Assembly (NCBI GenBank): GCA_963801355.1
Contig: CAWDEM010000008.1
Location: 2,752,001-2,816,000, forward strand
Length of the DNA stretch: 64,000 bases
From: Ignavibacteriota bacterium
GTDB lineage: Bacteria; Bacteroidota; Ignavibacteria; UBA10030; UBA6906
Direction of reading: 5' to 3'
How positions within the stretch are numbered: the first letter of the stretch is position 1; every line of letters begins with the position of its first letter. Shown piece after piece: positions 20,301 to 30,032 of the stretch. The notes under the pieces were generated by a model, which had not been told where the DNA came from, did no database searches, and was given only the letters and a program-made list of their open reading frames with translations. The position numbers and the translations under genes were made by a program.

Positions 20301-21460
20301 GACCCGGAGCCCTCCTTGTTCTTCTCCGCCGCCCGCAGCGTGCGCAGTTTCATTGCAAGCTCCATTTCACCCCGGCCGACTCCCAGCTTTCGCGCCTGCT
20401 GGAGGCGCTTATCCGTCGTCGTCGCATGGGTGAGTGTTTCTTCCATGCGCGCAGCCGATATCTTCGGCGTGACATGGTCCTGCATCCGCCGGGCGAGGGA
20501 AATTTCTTCGCTGCCGCGGCGGAATGTGCGTGCAAGCTGCAGCGATGTCTCATGCTCGTCATCGGTGTCTTCGGACTCTTCCGGTTCAGGATCCGGCATA
20601 GTGCTCCGTGCGTTTTCCGGTTCCGTGGATGCGGGAGATTCTGCCGCACGTCCCTTCCCGGCGTCCTGGACAGGCGTGGCGGCGGTTGCCGGCTTTCTCC
20701 GGAATGCGAGGGCCAGCGCCGCACTACCGCCGGTCAGCAGGAGTGCTACGACGACCGAAATCAGGAGCGCTGACATGGGCGTCAGGGTTGCGCGCACCGT
20801 CTGTTGTGTCCTCCGCTGCGACGGCATCCCGGCTGACGCGGCCTGCACCTGGTCGCGCACCATCCCGGGGATGTCGACTACGGGTTGTGACTGCGGGCGC
20901 AATTCGACGATAGCGGGAGCCTTCGGAGCAGGGACCGTCGCCGCCGCATCACGGGTTTGGCGTGCCGGCACCCGCACCGTGGTGACAATGGATTTTGCCG
21001 GGGCCGGCGCCGCGGGTACACGATCCTCCTGCGGTGCACCAGTCCACTGTGGCATAGCCGACTGACCGCCGGGGGGCACGACATCCACAACCAGAGTATT
21101 CCCGGATGCCGGCAGAATGCATCGATAGGTCGCTCCCGCCTGTACGGTCAATGCAACCACCATGCTGTCGCCCGGAAGCGGCGTGACGTCGATTCTCGTG
21201 ATATGACCCGAGCGCAGTACTTGATGCCTGGCCTTCATGGGGATCCCGATGCCGGTGCGGGAGAATCCCAGCCGGATGACACCATCGGAGCCAAGCGGGG
21301 AGTAACGCACCTCGCCGTCAAACAGCAGAATCACGCGGCTGTAGCCGGCCTGCGCGCTGTAGCGCACGTCCGTCAGTGTCGCACTCTCCGCCGCCGGGAC
21401 CGGGATGATGCCCCACAGCACGATGCCGAGCACGCTTAGCATTGTCCATCGCCGGTTCAT
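20297..21460 (-). CDS. Signal peptide + AMIN domain + Pro/Ala linker + TM + cytoplasmic tail (SwrB/DUF2802-like end)
   Basis: LTDVRYS..YSRVIL..NTLVVDV; TM ALLISVVVALLLTGG; ATG 21460 overlaps the upstream TGA. Confidence 0.75.
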   Translation of the reverse strand: MNRRWTMLSVLGIVLWGIIPVPAAESATLTDVRYSAQAGYSRVILLFDGEVRYSPLGSDGVIRLGFSRTGIGIPMKARHQVLRSGHITRIDVTPLPGDSMVVALTVQAGATYRCILPASGNTLVVDVVPPGGQSAMPQWTGAPQEDRVPAAPAPAKSIVTTVRVPARQTRDAAATVPAPKAPAIVELRPQSQPVVDIPGMVRDQVQAASAGMPSQRRTQQTVRATLTPMSALLISVVVALLLTGGSAALALAFRRKPATAATPVQDAGKGRAAESPASTEPENARSTMPDPEPEESEDTDDEHETSLQLARTFRRGSEEISLARRMQDHVTPKISAARMEETLTHATTTDKRLQQARKLGVGRGEMELAMKLRTLRAAEKNKEGSGS

Positions 21461-22821
21461 CAGTGTGCCCTCCAGACTGGAAGAAAGATCGTGAACGTCG
21501 TCCCTTTGCCAACTTCGCTTTCCACACGGAGCTCGCCTTTGTGCTGGGCAATGATCTTGCTGCAGATGGCGAGACCCAATCCGGTGCCCTTCTCTCCCTT
21601 CGTCGTGAAGAAAGGATTGAAGATCTTCTCCTGAAGATCTTTGGGAATGCCGCATCCCGTATCACCGATGCGGACGGATACGTGGTATCCTGTCAGCGAT
21701 GAGGTGATGCTGATCCTCCCGCCGTCGGGCATCGCATCGCGCGCATTGATCAGAAGATTCAGGAATACCTGCTGCAGATAGTTCGCATTTCCTCCCACCG
21801 CGGGGAGGTCATCCGCGAGCTGCAGGTCCAGAGCGATCCCGTTCCCCTCGAACTCGTGTTGCACCATCATCACGATGTCTTCGAGCGCCTTGTTGATGTT
21901 GATGGGCTCGGTCACCACTTCCTCGGAAGCGTTGCGGGAGAAATTCATCAGACGCAGGGTGATATCCGACAGGCGCTTCAGCTGTTTGCTGAACATATCA
22001 ATCCAGTTGGGCAGCGGGCGGCCCGCCTGCACCAGTTCGAGGTGCAGCATGAGCACCTGGAGCGGATTTTTAATTTCGTGCGCAATGCCTGCCGCAAGCT
22101 CACCGATCGCCGCCAGCTTTGCCGCCTGCACCATCTGTGCCTGCGACGCTTTCAGCTCCTCGTTGGCTTTCAACAGCTGCTGGTACGTCCGCCAGTTCTC
22201 GACGCCGACCGCAGCCTGATTCGCCAGCACCGATAGGAGCTGGATGTCCTGATTCGAGAACTCCTGCTGGGCTTTTTCCGTGTGGATCACGAACACGCCG
22301 ATCCCCTGGCTGCGCAGGATGAGCGGCACGATCACGAAATTCCGTGCACTCGACTTGGACATCATGTGGTCAAGATCCGGGATAATCACGGTTTTCTTTT
22401 CCGCGATCACCCAGTCCACGATGCCCGCTTCAAGCTGTCGTTGCGCTTCCTCGCCCAATCGCGGCGAGCCTTTGGAGGAAAGCGGGAGCAGCAGGCTTGA
22501 TGTGGACTGGAACAGAAAGATGTTGCAGTCGAGCACAGGCACCACCTGGCGCGCGAGCTCGATCAGCGCGCTGACGATCAGTTCGGGTTCGGTCGCCGTG
22601 CTGATGATGTTCGACAGCCGCTGTGTAGCCACCAGTTCGTCGATGGAACTCCGGATGGCCAGATTGTTCTGTGTGTACTGCACATTTTCCTGGCGCAGAA
22701 CATCAATCGTTTTTTCGAGGGCCTTGATATACGTCTCACGGCTCTCGATGAACTGTTCAAATTGCGGCAGGCTTTCTTCCAGCAATTCGTGGCGGCTCTT
22801 GCGTTTTGCGACGTGTTCCAT
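21460..22821 (-). CDS. GAF-containing sensor histidine kinase
   Basis: AHEIKNPL H-box, NLLINARDA and FFTTK..GTGLGL; start ATG 22821. Confidence 0.92.
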   Translation of the reverse strand: MEHVAKRKSRHELLEESLPQFEQFIESRETYIKALEKTIDVLRQENVQYTQNNLAIRSSIDELVATQRLSNIISTATEPELIVSALIELARQVVPVLDCNIFLFQSTSSLLLPLSSKGSPRLGEEAQRQLEAGIVDWVIAEKKTVIIPDLDHMMSKSSARNFVIVPLILRSQGIGVFVIHTEKAQQEFSNQDIQLLSVLANQAAVGVENWRTYQQLLKANEELKASQAQMVQAAKLAAIGELAAGIAHEIKNPLQVLMLHLELVQAGRPLPNWIDMFSKQLKRLSDITLRLMNFSRNASEEVVTEPININKALEDIVMMVQHEFEGNGIALDLQLADDLPAVGGNANYLQQVFLNLLINARDAMPDGGRISITSSLTGYHVSVRIGDTGCGIPKDLQEKIFNPFFTTKGEKGTGLGLAICSKIIAQHKGELRVESEVGKGTTFTIFLPVWRAH

Positions 22822-22834
22822 ACGTTCCCGTTTC

Positions 22835-23704
22835 TTACCGGACAGTCTCAAATTGGGTGACCTGCTCAAGATCGGCCTTAATCAGTCCACGGTATGATTG
22901 CATGTACTGGTCGAGCACTTCCTGGTCGGTCAGATGCAAATGGTCAAGCGCCTTTGCGTCAAACTGCACTCCCTTGTCAAAGCCCACCGGCTGTTCACTC
23001 ATCTGCACCGCAAAGACGTCTGCACAGTGGATAAGAGCCACCAGATCTTTGTTCTTGTCTGCGCGAGACGGCGTGTGGTGGTAGCTGATCGCTTCCACAA
23101 GGTGATCCGGCAGATTCCACCGTTCGGCCAGCCATCCTCCCACCTCCGCGTGGGTCACCCCCAGGACGCTTTCTTCGGCTTCGATAGCATTCAGGTCCGT
23201 GTCGGCGAGAATTTCCGCGATACGCTTGTACTCATTACGGAAATACCTGTGCAGGACGGAAATACCCATATCATGCAACAGGCCGCCCACGAACACCTCT
23301 CCACTGACACGGTATCCGAGGTCCCGCGCCAGGCGGCGGGCAAGGACGCCACTGGTAATCGAGTGATCCCAGAAGCCTTTTGCATCGAAAATCGAGTCCG
23401 ATTTTTTCTGGAGTGAGCTGACCAGTGAAATGCTGATCACGATCTCTTTGAGTGCATCGTACCCGAGCACGATGATCGCGAAGTCGATGGTGGAAATCTT
23501 CCGCGGGAAACCATAGAACGGCGAGTTGGCAATCTTCAGCACCTTTGCCGTCAGTGCCTGGTCGGTGGAAATGAGGCGCCCGAGCCTGGAGGCACTGGTC
23601 TTGGGGTTATCCACCAGTTCCACCACTTCCATTGCGACCGTGGGCAGGGCGGGCAACTGGATGATCGATTGCACTCTGTCGCGTATGTGATCCGGTGACA
23701 TCAT
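22835..23704 (-). CDS. HDOD domain protein
   Basis: LPALP, DQALTAKVLKIANSPFYG, LLHDMG and HAEVG..LAERWNLP. Confidence 0.93.
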   Translation of the reverse strand: MMSPDHIRDRVQSIIQLPALPTVAMEVVELVDNPKTSASRLGRLISTDQALTAKVLKIANSPFYGFPRKISTIDFAIIVLGYDALKEIVISISLVSSLQKKSDSIFDAKGFWDHSITSGVLARRLARDLGYRVSGEVFVGGLLHDMGISVLHRYFRNEYKRIAEILADTDLNAIEAEESVLGVTHAEVGGWLAERWNLPDHLVEAISYHHTPSRADKNKDLVALIHCADVFAVQMSEQPVGFDKGVQFDAKALDHLHLTDQEVLDQYMQSYRGLIKADLEQVTQFETVR

Positions 23705-23725
23705 ATCAAATTGTCTCGTCGTTTC

Positions 23726-24484
23726 TCATGGTCCCACTTCCACGGCAAGGAGACGGCTCCGGAGCTGCTGCAGTACTGCGGAGTGGATTTGCGACACACG
23801 TCCCTCTGTCAGGTTGAGAATTCTAGCAATCTCTGTGAACTTCAGACCTTCATAATAATAGAGTGCGATCACCGTCCGGTCCCTCTCGGAGAGCCGCTCG
23901 ACCGCCTCACGGAGGGCGGCACGGGTCTCTTCCTCCCCCAGACGCTCCAGCGGGCTCGGCGCCCCGGAGGCGACCTGGTCCATCGGTTCGGCGCTCCGGT
24001 GTTCCGCAACGATGTCCGCTTCACGAACCACTGTCGATCCGCCCCCCACCATAGTCCGGAATTCTTCGACCGACATGGAGAGCTTGCCGGCGATCTCCTC
24101 ATCGAGGGGCTCACGCCCTTTCTCCTGCATCACCTCATGAGCGGCCTTGCCGACCTTGCGGGTCGTCTCGCGCACCGCCCGCGGCACCCAGTCCAGCTTG
24201 CGCATCTCATCCAGGATCGCCCCGCGGATGCGTGGAATGGCGTATGTTTCGAACTTCACACCCTGGACCGGGGAGAACCGGTCAATTGCCGACAGCAGTC
24301 CCAGGACGCCGAAATGCACGACGTCGTTGTATTCCAGACCATGGCCCCTGCCCTGTTGCTGCAGGTTGAATTTGCTCACGACGTACCGCACAAGGTCCAT
24401 GTACTGGAGCACGAGCGCACGCTTCAGCTCCGCTTCGCGCGTCTGAAGAAACCGTCCCCACAGATCCTGTGTCGCTGTCTCCAT
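23726..24484 (-). CDS. fliA: Flagellar sigma factor sigma-28
   Basis: KFETYAIPRIRGAILDEMRKLDW and TEGRVSQIHS. Confidence 0.95.
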   Translation of the reverse strand: METATQDLWGRFLQTREAELKRALVLQYMDLVRYVVSKFNLQQQGRGHGLEYNDVVHFGVLGLLSAIDRFSPVQGVKFETYAIPRIRGAILDEMRKLDWVPRAVRETTRKVGKAAHEVMQEKGREPLDEEIAGKLSMSVEEFRTMVGGGSTVVREADIVAEHRSAEPMDQVASGAPSPLERLGEEETRAALREAVERLSERDRTVIALYYYEGLKFTEIARILNLTEGRVSQIHSAVLQQLRSRLLAVEVGP

Positions 24485-24507
24485 TGCTCAGTCTCGCACT
24501 GATGCAC

Positions 24508-24774
24508 TCATGACGGCATTGCTGCTTGCGGTGTTTGCGGCTCCACCGGCGGCGTCGCCGGACGATGCTCCGTACTCTGTTTCCCGGCAACGCCTTTGGG
24601 TGCGTGTTTCATCGACGCGAGAGCCACGAAGACCACCGCCTGCCCCAGCACGATCGCGATGAAGACGATGAAGGAACGCACCACCATGTCCATCAACGGG
24701 ATTCCCTGGGTGCCGTAGTACAGCACCGCCACGAAGAATCCGAGCAAACCCACCTGGAACATGACCTTTGTCAT
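24508..24774 (-). CDS. Small two-TM hypothetical protein
   Basis: Two hydrophobic stretches; ATG overlaps flhG stop. Confidence 0.7.
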   Translation of the reverse strand: MTKVMFQVGLLGFFVAVLYYGTQGIPLMDMVVRSFIVFIAIVLGQAVVFVALASMKHAPKGVAGKQSTEHRPATPPVEPQTPQAAMPS

Positions 24775-25610
24775 AAGGCGACCGATAGTGTGATTGATCC
24801 GCGAATTTCATTGTGCAGCAGCGCACGCGCCACCGTGTGTATGGAGAGGGCCGCCGCGGAGCGCGGGTAGCGCCGGACCAGCGGCTCCTGGTTGCGTATG
24901 GCCTCACCGGCCCGGTCATCCCGCGGAACGAACCCGGTATAACCGATGTCCCTCCGCAGAAAGTGCCGCACCGCGGCCTGGAGTTTGCCGAACGTTTCTT
25001 CCCCCTCACGCGGCGTTCGCGCGCAGTTCACCACCACACTCACCGGCTGCACCATGCCACCCAGACTGATGACCTTGACCAGTGCATACGCGTCCATGAC
25101 AGCGGTCGGCTCCGGTCCCGTCACCAGCAGAACGGTGTCCGCTTCCTCGGTGTACCGCACGATCTCGGGGGTCAGGCCGGCTGCGGTATCGATCATGAGC
25201 ACATCTGCAGGATCGTCCATCCCGAGCAGCTCTTCCACCAGCGCATGCTGCGCGTCGGCCCTGTGCAAAGGATAGTTCACATCCCCGGAGCTCCCCGCCA
25301 GCAAGCGCACACCGGTACCGAGAGACACCAGTGCATCTTCGACGTCGCACTCTGCGTGCAACACCTGGGAGAGACGGAAGCGCGGAGTCACTCCGGCCAT
25401 GATATCCAGTGCGGCAAGGTTTGCATCGGCATCGAGCAGCACCACCTTCAGTCCGAGGTCCGCAAGGACCAGTGCGGTATTGAGCGCAAGCGTGCTCTTC
25501 CCCACGCCGCCTTTGCCGCTGGTCACCGTGATCACATAGGGCCTGGGCGCACGTGCCGCCTGCGCGTATGCACCCGCAATCTGCCGCATCCGTGTCGCCT
25601 GATCATGCAT
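24771..25610 (-). CDS. flhG: MinD-like ATPase FlhG/FleN
   Basis: DQA N-terminus, SGKGGVGKS and PEPTAVMDAYA; start ATG 25610. Confidence 0.93.
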   Translation of the reverse strand: MHDQATRMRQIAGAYAQAARAPRPYVITVTSGKGGVGKSTLALNTALVLADLGLKVVLLDADANLAALDIMAGVTPRFRLSQVLHAECDVEDALVSLGTGVRLLAGSSGDVNYPLHRADAQHALVEELLGMDDPADVLMIDTAAGLTPEIVRYTEEADTVLLVTGPEPTAVMDAYALVKVISLGGMVQPVSVVVNCARTPREGEETFGKLQAAVRHFLRRDIGYTGFVPRDDRAGEAIRNQEPLVRRYPRSAAALSIHTVARALLHNEIRGSITLSVAL

Positions 25611-26850
25611 GGGCCGTCTCTCCCGCATAGACCATAGCGGCAAACTGGGCGGCATCGACCGTCCGTATATCATCCGGCACCGCCTGGCCGGTGGTCACGT
25701 ACGACAGCGGAATGTGATGGCGGTGCACCAGGCTGAGCAGCGGACCGTATGTGACGGCCTCATCGAGTTTCGAGAAGAGCAGCCGGTTCGGCTTCACCAC
25801 CTTGAATTGATCGATGATATCCTCCGCGGTCCTGAGATTGGTTGATGCATTCACCACGAGGTGCGTTTCATCCGGATCCGCCGCGGTCACAAACCTGGCC
25901 AGATCGGTGAGTTCCTTGCGCGAGCGTTGACTGCGTCCGACCGTATCCACAAAGACAATATCCTTCGTGCGGAACTTCCGGAGTGCCGCAGGCATTTCAG
26001 TCGGCTTATACACCACTTCCATCGGGATGTCGGCAATCCCGGCAAACGTCCTCAACTGTTCGATGGCACCGATGCGATAGGTGTCCGCCGAGATCAGTCC
26101 GACCTCCTGTCCGTTCACCAATTTGTGGATCGCCGCAAGTTTGGCGATTGTCGTGGTCTTGCCGACTCCCGTCGGGCCGACCAGGGCCACGACACGCGAT
26201 TTCTTCCTGCGCGCCCGTTCAGGACCCGCGGCGGGTATCAACCCGGCCAGTGCTGCAACGATCTGTCGTTCGAGATACTGCTTGTTGGCCATCTGTTCCT
26301 GGTTCGAGCGGGCGAGCACCGTCTGGATGACATCCACGGCGAGTTGTTCTTCAACTTCATGCTGCACCAGCCTGCTGAACGCTTTTTGCAGCGTATCCGG
26401 CAGAGCGGGCATCCGGGAATACTTGAGATGATCGACAATGGCCTTCAATGTGCCTTTGACATCTTCCATGTCGCTGCGCAGTTCCACGAACTGTCCGGGG
26501 TCCTGCGCCCGGCGGCCGGGGCGCTGCTCCTCCCTTCCGCCGCGTTCGTACCGCGACGCAATCTGCCGGAGGCCGGCGAGCGTGTCCTGCTCTTCCATCT
26601 CCTGCACACTGCGGCCGAGTTGCTGCTGGAACGCCGGTCCCGCGGAACGGGTCCGGTACGTGTTCTGCTGCCCCGGCACGATCTCGTCGATTGCCGCGGT
26701 AATTTCAAATGCGTCACGGCCGAAGATATTGAGCGGACCTCCGCGCGTGATCTTCCGGCTGCTGACGACGATCGCATCGGGTCCCAGCTCCTGCTTCATC
26801 TGTTCGGTGGCTTCCTTGAGCGTGTGCCCCACAAACTTTCTAATTCTCAT
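25603..26850 (-). CDS. flhF: SRP-family GTPase FlhF
   Basis: GPTGVGKTTT, DTYRIGA, DTVGRS and GQ.VPDD. Confidence 0.96.
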   Translation of the reverse strand: MRIRKFVGHTLKEATEQMKQELGPDAIVVSSRKITRGGPLNIFGRDAFEITAAIDEIVPGQQNTYRTRSAGPAFQQQLGRSVQEMEEQDTLAGLRQIASRYERGGREEQRPGRRAQDPGQFVELRSDMEDVKGTLKAIVDHLKYSRMPALPDTLQKAFSRLVQHEVEEQLAVDVIQTVLARSNQEQMANKQYLERQIVAALAGLIPAAGPERARRKKSRVVALVGPTGVGKTTTIAKLAAIHKLVNGQEVGLISADTYRIGAIEQLRTFAGIADIPMEVVYKPTEMPAALRKFRTKDIVFVDTVGRSQRSRKELTDLARFVTAADPDETHLVVNASTNLRTAEDIIDQFKVVKPNRLLFSKLDEAVTYGPLLSLVHRHHIPLSYVTTGQAVPDDIRTVDAAQFAAMVYAGETAHA

Positions 26851-28936
26851 ACGCTGCCTCGAGTTTACCTATGAATTCCACCTCGGTGTCCGGCGGCAGT
26901 TCCGTGAACGACAGCACTGCAACATCCGGAAACGATGTGTGTATCAATCGATGGAAGTACGGCCGCACCGTTGCGGCACACAGAACGATCGGGGTGATCC
27001 CGCGCGCTTTGCATACATCCCTGCTGGCGGTGAGACTGCGATGGAGCGCCTGGATGGTGTCGGGGGACAGACCGAGACTGGGGCTGCTCTCGCGCTGATT
27101 CTGAAGGGCGGACGTGATCACCTGCTCCAGCTGCGGATCCATGGCGATCACGTGAATCACCCCGCGTGCATCGCTGTACAGGCGGGCGATCGTCTGTGAA
27201 AGCGCGTGGCGCACGTATTCGGTCAGTACATCGACATTCTTCGTGACACGCGAGTAGTCGGCGAGGGACTCAAGGATCGTCACCAGATCGCGTATCGGAA
27301 TACCCTCGCGCAGCAGGTTTTGCAGCACCTTCTGAATCGTCCCCGTCGGCAGCAGGTCCGTGCTGAGTTCCTCGACCACTGCAGGATAATCTTTCTTAAG
27401 ATTCTCGATGAGCTTCTTTGTTTCCTGCCGCCCGAGGATCTTATCCGCGTCTTTGCGCAATACTTCCTGCAGGTGGGTGGCGAGTACCGCCGACGGTTCG
27501 ACGACCGTGTACCCCATCAATTCCGCCCGTTCCCGGTCAGCCCCCTGGATCCAGAGTGCCGGCAACCCGAATGCCGGCTCCCGTACTTCGATTCCCGGCA
27601 CCGTGCCGTCTGCCGCCCCGGGGTTCATCGCAAGAAAACGGTCCATCACCAGCGTGCCGGTCGATGCCATATTCCCGCGGATTTTCACAACGTATTGATT
27701 GGGTCCGATCTGCAGGTTATCTCTGACCCTGACCGGCGGAATGACGATGCCGAGATCGATCGCGAGTTGACGCCGCAGGTTCGTGATGCGGGCAAAGAGA
27801 TCACCGTCCCGGGCATCATCCACCAGCGAGATGAGCCCGTACCCGATTTCCAGTTCAACGGGATCCACCTGGAGGTAGTCTTCGACTTTTTCCTCTCTTG
27901 GTGCCACTGCCGGAGCTGCCGCGGGTACAGCCGCCCGTTCATGCTGATCCTTCATCGTCACATAGCCGGCGCCGCCGGCCACCATTCCCAGCAGGAGGAA
28001 CGGCATGGTGGGAAGGCCGGGCACAATGGCGAACATGATCAGGGCGCCGGATGCAATCAGAAGGGCTTTGGGGCGTCCGAACACCTGCCCGCGGATTTCT
28101 ATGTCGAATGCATTGCCGGATGCACTGCGTGTGACAATCATGCCGGATGACACCGCCACGATCAGCGCCGGGATCTGCGTCACCAATCCGTCGCCCACGG
28201 TGAGCAGCGTGTAGGTCTCGAGCGCATCCGTCATTGTCAGGCCTCTCTGGGCGACGCCGATCACAAACCCGCCCAGGATATTCACGATGTTGATCAGCAG
28301 CCCTGCGATGGCGTCGCCTTTGACGAACTTGCTGGCTCCGTCCATGGCACCGTAGAATTCCGCCTCGCGTGCGATTTCCCGGCGGCGTTCGCGCGCCTCG
28401 TTCTCGGTGATCATCCCGGCATTCAGGTCGGCGTCAATGGCCATCTGTTTCCCCGGCATGCCGTCCAGGGTGAACCGTGCCGCCACTTCCGCAATACGTC
28501 CCGCGCCTTTGACGATCACGATAAACTGGATCAACACCAGAATCAGGAAGATGATGAACCCGACGACGTAGTTCCCTTTCACGACGAACGAACCGAACGC
28601 CGAGATGACTTCTCCCGCATAGCCGTCCCCCAGAATCAGCCGGGTCGACGCGACGTTCAGACCGAGCCGGAATATCGTAAGGATCAGCAGGAGCCCGGGG
28701 AAGACCGAAAGTTCCAGCGGATTCGTCAGGTACATCGACACCATCAGGATCAGAATTGCGACAGCGATGTTGGTCGCCAGGAGCACGTCCAGCAACGCCG
28801 GCGGCACCGGAATGATCATCAGCGCGAGGATGAGGATCACGCTGACAGCGAGCACCACGTCGGTGTTCGCGCCGATCATGCGAAGGGCCGGCATCTGGAA
28901 CAAGCTGCGGGAACGCGCTGTGACGGTGGCTTCCAT
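26840..28936 (-). CDS. flhA: Export gate FlhA
   Basis: EVAARFTLDGMPGKQMAIDADL and GAMDGASKFVKGD. Confidence 0.98.
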   Translation of the reverse strand: MEATVTARSRSLFQMPALRMIGANTDVVLAVSVILILALMIIPVPPALLDVLLATNIAVAILILMVSMYLTNPLELSVFPGLLLILTIFRLGLNVASTRLILGDGYAGEVISAFGSFVVKGNYVVGFIIFLILVLIQFIVIVKGAGRIAEVAARFTLDGMPGKQMAIDADLNAGMITENEARERRREIAREAEFYGAMDGASKFVKGDAIAGLLINIVNILGGFVIGVAQRGLTMTDALETYTLLTVGDGLVTQIPALIVAVSSGMIVTRSASGNAFDIEIRGQVFGRPKALLIASGALIMFAIVPGLPTMPFLLLGMVAGGAGYVTMKDQHERAAVPAAAPAVAPREEKVEDYLQVDPVELEIGYGLISLVDDARDGDLFARITNLRRQLAIDLGIVIPPVRVRDNLQIGPNQYVVKIRGNMASTGTLVMDRFLAMNPGAADGTVPGIEVREPAFGLPALWIQGADRERAELMGYTVVEPSAVLATHLQEVLRKDADKILGRQETKKLIENLKKDYPAVVEELSTDLLPTGTIQKVLQNLLREGIPIRDLVTILESLADYSRVTKNVDVLTEYVRHALSQTIARLYSDARGVIHVIAMDPQLEQVITSALQNQRESSPSLGLSPDTIQALHRSLTASRDVCKARGITPIVLCAATVRPYFHRLIHTSFPDVAVLSFTELPPDTEVEFIGKLEAAYEN

Positions 28937-28940
28937 ATGC

Positions 28941-30029
28941 TCAGTTCATTGCGTACGATGACTGCTGTTGATTCTTGAGGCGGTACACATAGGCCAGCAA
29001 CTGGGCCACCGCCTGGAACAGCTTCTCGGGTATTTCTTCGCCGATGTCGACAGACCGGTACAGTGTATGGGCGAGCGGTCGGTCTTCAATGATGGGCACC
29101 TCATGTGCGAGCGCGATTTCTTTGATTTTCACCGCAAGCAGATCCGCCCCCTTGGCCACCACGCGTGGTGCGTGCATCGTCCCCGCGGTGTACCGTAATG
29201 CAACCGCGAGGTGTGTCGGGTTGGTCACGACCACATCGGCGGTGGGCACATCCGCCATCATGCGCCGGTAAGCGATCCGCCGCTGTATGCCGCGGACCCG
29301 GCTTTTCACCATCGGGTCGCCTTCGGTGGCCTTCAGCTCTTCCTTAACCTCTTCCTTGCTCATCCGCATTTCACGCTCGTACTCGAACCGCTGGTAGAAG
29401 AAATCCAACAGGGCGATCACCAGGAACGCCAATCCGGTACGCAACCCCACGGTGAACGCCGACTGTCCGATGAATCCGAGAAGGCCCGTGATATCGCTCT
29501 GGATGAGTTCCGGACTGCCGGTGATCACATCCTGTATGGACCACCATGCCACGAGCCCGACCAGCCCCACTTTGGCAAGACTCTTGACAAGCTCGATGAG
29601 CGATCGCCGCGAGACGAGAATCTTCCTGATGCCGGTGAGCGGGTTGATCTTCTCGAAGTTCGGCCGCATCGCTTCCGGCGAATACACGAAGCCCACCTGC
29701 ACGTAGGCCACGGCGAGACCCACGCCCATGATGCCGATGATGAGCGGGGCAATCAGTGCACCCACGGTGAACATCCCCTGTGTCACCATCCCGTGGAGAT
29801 TCGACTGCGACACCGTCGCGGTCCCGGCGTGCAGCAGCGAACTCCGTACCACCTCCGCAAGTCCTCCGACCAGTGCCGTGCCGCCGAAGGAAATGATCAG
29901 GAGACCGCACAGCAGGACCACCGCGGAGTTCAACTCCACGCTCCGGGGAATTTTGCCCTTCCGCCTGGCTTCTTCGCGTTTCTTCTCGCTGGCGGGTTCG
30001 GTTTTTTCCTGATAGGATTCGTCCACCAT
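28941..30029 (-). CDS. flhB: Export switch FlhB
   Basis: EKTEPAS, EGDP and intact NPTH autocleavage motif. Confidence 0.97.
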   Translation of the reverse strand: MVDESYQEKTEPASEKKREEARRKGKIPRSVELNSAVVLLCGLLIISFGGTALVGGLAEVVRSSLLHAGTATVSQSNLHGMVTQGMFTVGALIAPLIIGIMGVGLAVAYVQVGFVYSPEAMRPNFEKINPLTGIRKILVSRRSLIELVKSLAKVGLVGLVAWWSIQDVITGSPELIQSDITGLLGFIGQSAFTVGLRTGLAFLVIALLDFFYQRFEYEREMRMSKEEVKEELKATEGDPMVKSRVRGIQRRIAYRRMMADVPTADVVVTNPTHLAVALRYTAGTMHAPRVVAKGADLLAVKIKEIALAHEVPIIEDRPLAHTLYRSVDIGEEIPEKLFQAVAQLLAYVYRLKNQQQSSYAMN

Positions 30030-30032
30030 AGT

